From: Haliotis rubra
Taxonomy: Eukaryota
Assembly (NCBI RefSeq): GCF_003918875.1
Contig: NW_025766957.1
Location: forward strand, 1,860,001-1,924,000
Reading direction: 5' to 3'
Length of the DNA: 64,000 bases
Positions 62,750-64,000 of the stretch are shown here, one piece after another (position 1 is the stretch's first letter; each line of letters opens with the position of its first letter). A model generated the notes under the pieces. That model saw nothing but the letters and a program-made list of their open reading frames with translations, was not told where the DNA came from and ran no database searches. The translations under genes were made by a program, and so were the position numbers.

Positions 62750-64000
62750 AAAACAACTAATGTTATGTCATCCTTCTGTTCACATTACATGGTATTGATA
62801 ACAACTAATGTTATATCATCCTACTGTCTCCATTACATGGTATTGATAACAACTAATGTTATATCATCCTTCTGTTCACATTACATGGTATTGATAACAA
62901 CTAATGTTATATCATCCTACTGTCTCCATTACATGGTATTGATAACAACTAATGTTATATCATCCTACTGTCTCCATTACATGGTATTGATAACAACTAA
63001 TGTTATATCATCCTACTGTCTCCATTACATGGTATTGATAACAACTAATGTTATGTCATCCTTCTGTTCACATTACATGGTATTGATAACAACTAATGTT
63101 ATATCATCCTACTGTCTCCATTACATGGTATTGATAACAACTAATGTTATATCATCCTATAACAACTGTCTCACATTACATGGTATTTAACAACTAATGT
63201 TAATCAACTAATGTTATGTCATCATTACATGGTATTGATAACAACTAATGTTATATCATCCTACTGTCTCCATTACATGGTATTGATAACAACTAATGTT
63301 ATATCATCCTTCTGTCTCCATTACATGGTATTGATAACAACTAATGTTATATATTCTGTCTCATTACATGGTATTGATAACAACTAATGTTATATCATCC
63401 TACTGTCTCCATTACATGGTATTGATAACAACTAATGTTATATCATCCTACTGTCTCCATTACATGGTATTGATAACAACTAATATCATCCTATATTGAT
63501 AACAACTAATGTTATATCATCCTATCCATTACTAACAACTAATGTTATTCATCCATTACATGGTATTGATAACAACTAATGTTATGTTATATCATCCTAC
63601 TGTCTCCATTACATGGTATTGATCTAATGTTATATCATCCATTCCATTACATGGTATTGATAACAACTAATGTTATATCATCCTACTGTCTCCATTACAT
63701 GGTATTGATAACAACTAATGTTATATCATCCTACTGTCTCCATTACATGGTATTGATAACAACTAATGTTATATCATCCTTATATAACTGACTCCATTAC
63801 ATGGTATTGATAACAACTAATGTTATATCATCCTTATATAACTGACTCCATTACATGGTATTGATAACAACTAATGTTATATCATCCTACTGTCTCCATT
63901 ACATGGTATTGATAACAACTAATGTTATATCATCCTATCTGTTCTCCATTACATGGTATTGATAACAACTAATGTTATATCATCCTTCTGTCTCCATTAC
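62750..64000 (+). repeat. 48-bp minisatellite running off the window end
   Basis: Unit cattacatggtattgataacaactaatgttatatcatcctactgtctc. Confidence 0.95.

Noticed and set aside
62657-63791. 177-aa repetitive ORF
   Set aside because: Translation of a 48-bp minisatellite; irregular units at ~63180-63700 may be low-quality sequence

Overview
AT-rich animal genomic DNA; the SINE/MITE complement suggests a mollusc, possibly abalone (inference). Left to right: (1) the last three coding exons of nurim (NRM, + strand); (2) a near-intact but frameshifted Tc1 (DD34E) element and several MITEs/SINEs; (3) the main feature, a head-to-head inverted pair of SRSF3-like SR splicing-factor genes (copy A, - strand, ~9.9-20.4 kb; copy B, + strand, ~25.5-39.5 kb). 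Both copies keep an RRM+RS exon chain, a probable stop-containing poison exon after exon 3, a 3'-UTR intron and a palindromic poly(A) signal. Patches of ~99% identity sit among strongly diverged introns, the promoters have diverged, and copy B has a 1-nt frameshift just before the stop used by copy A. A decayed third copy of the distal 3' UTR lies at ~45.4-45.95 kb; (4) the 3' part of an unidentified multi-exon gene on the - strand (42.7-59.0 kb) converging on copy B; (5) four minisatellites, a splice-donor tandem array, LINE fragments and nested insertions with clear target-site duplications (TSDs). Splice models come from sequence motifs and paralog comparison only; no database or expression evidence was used.
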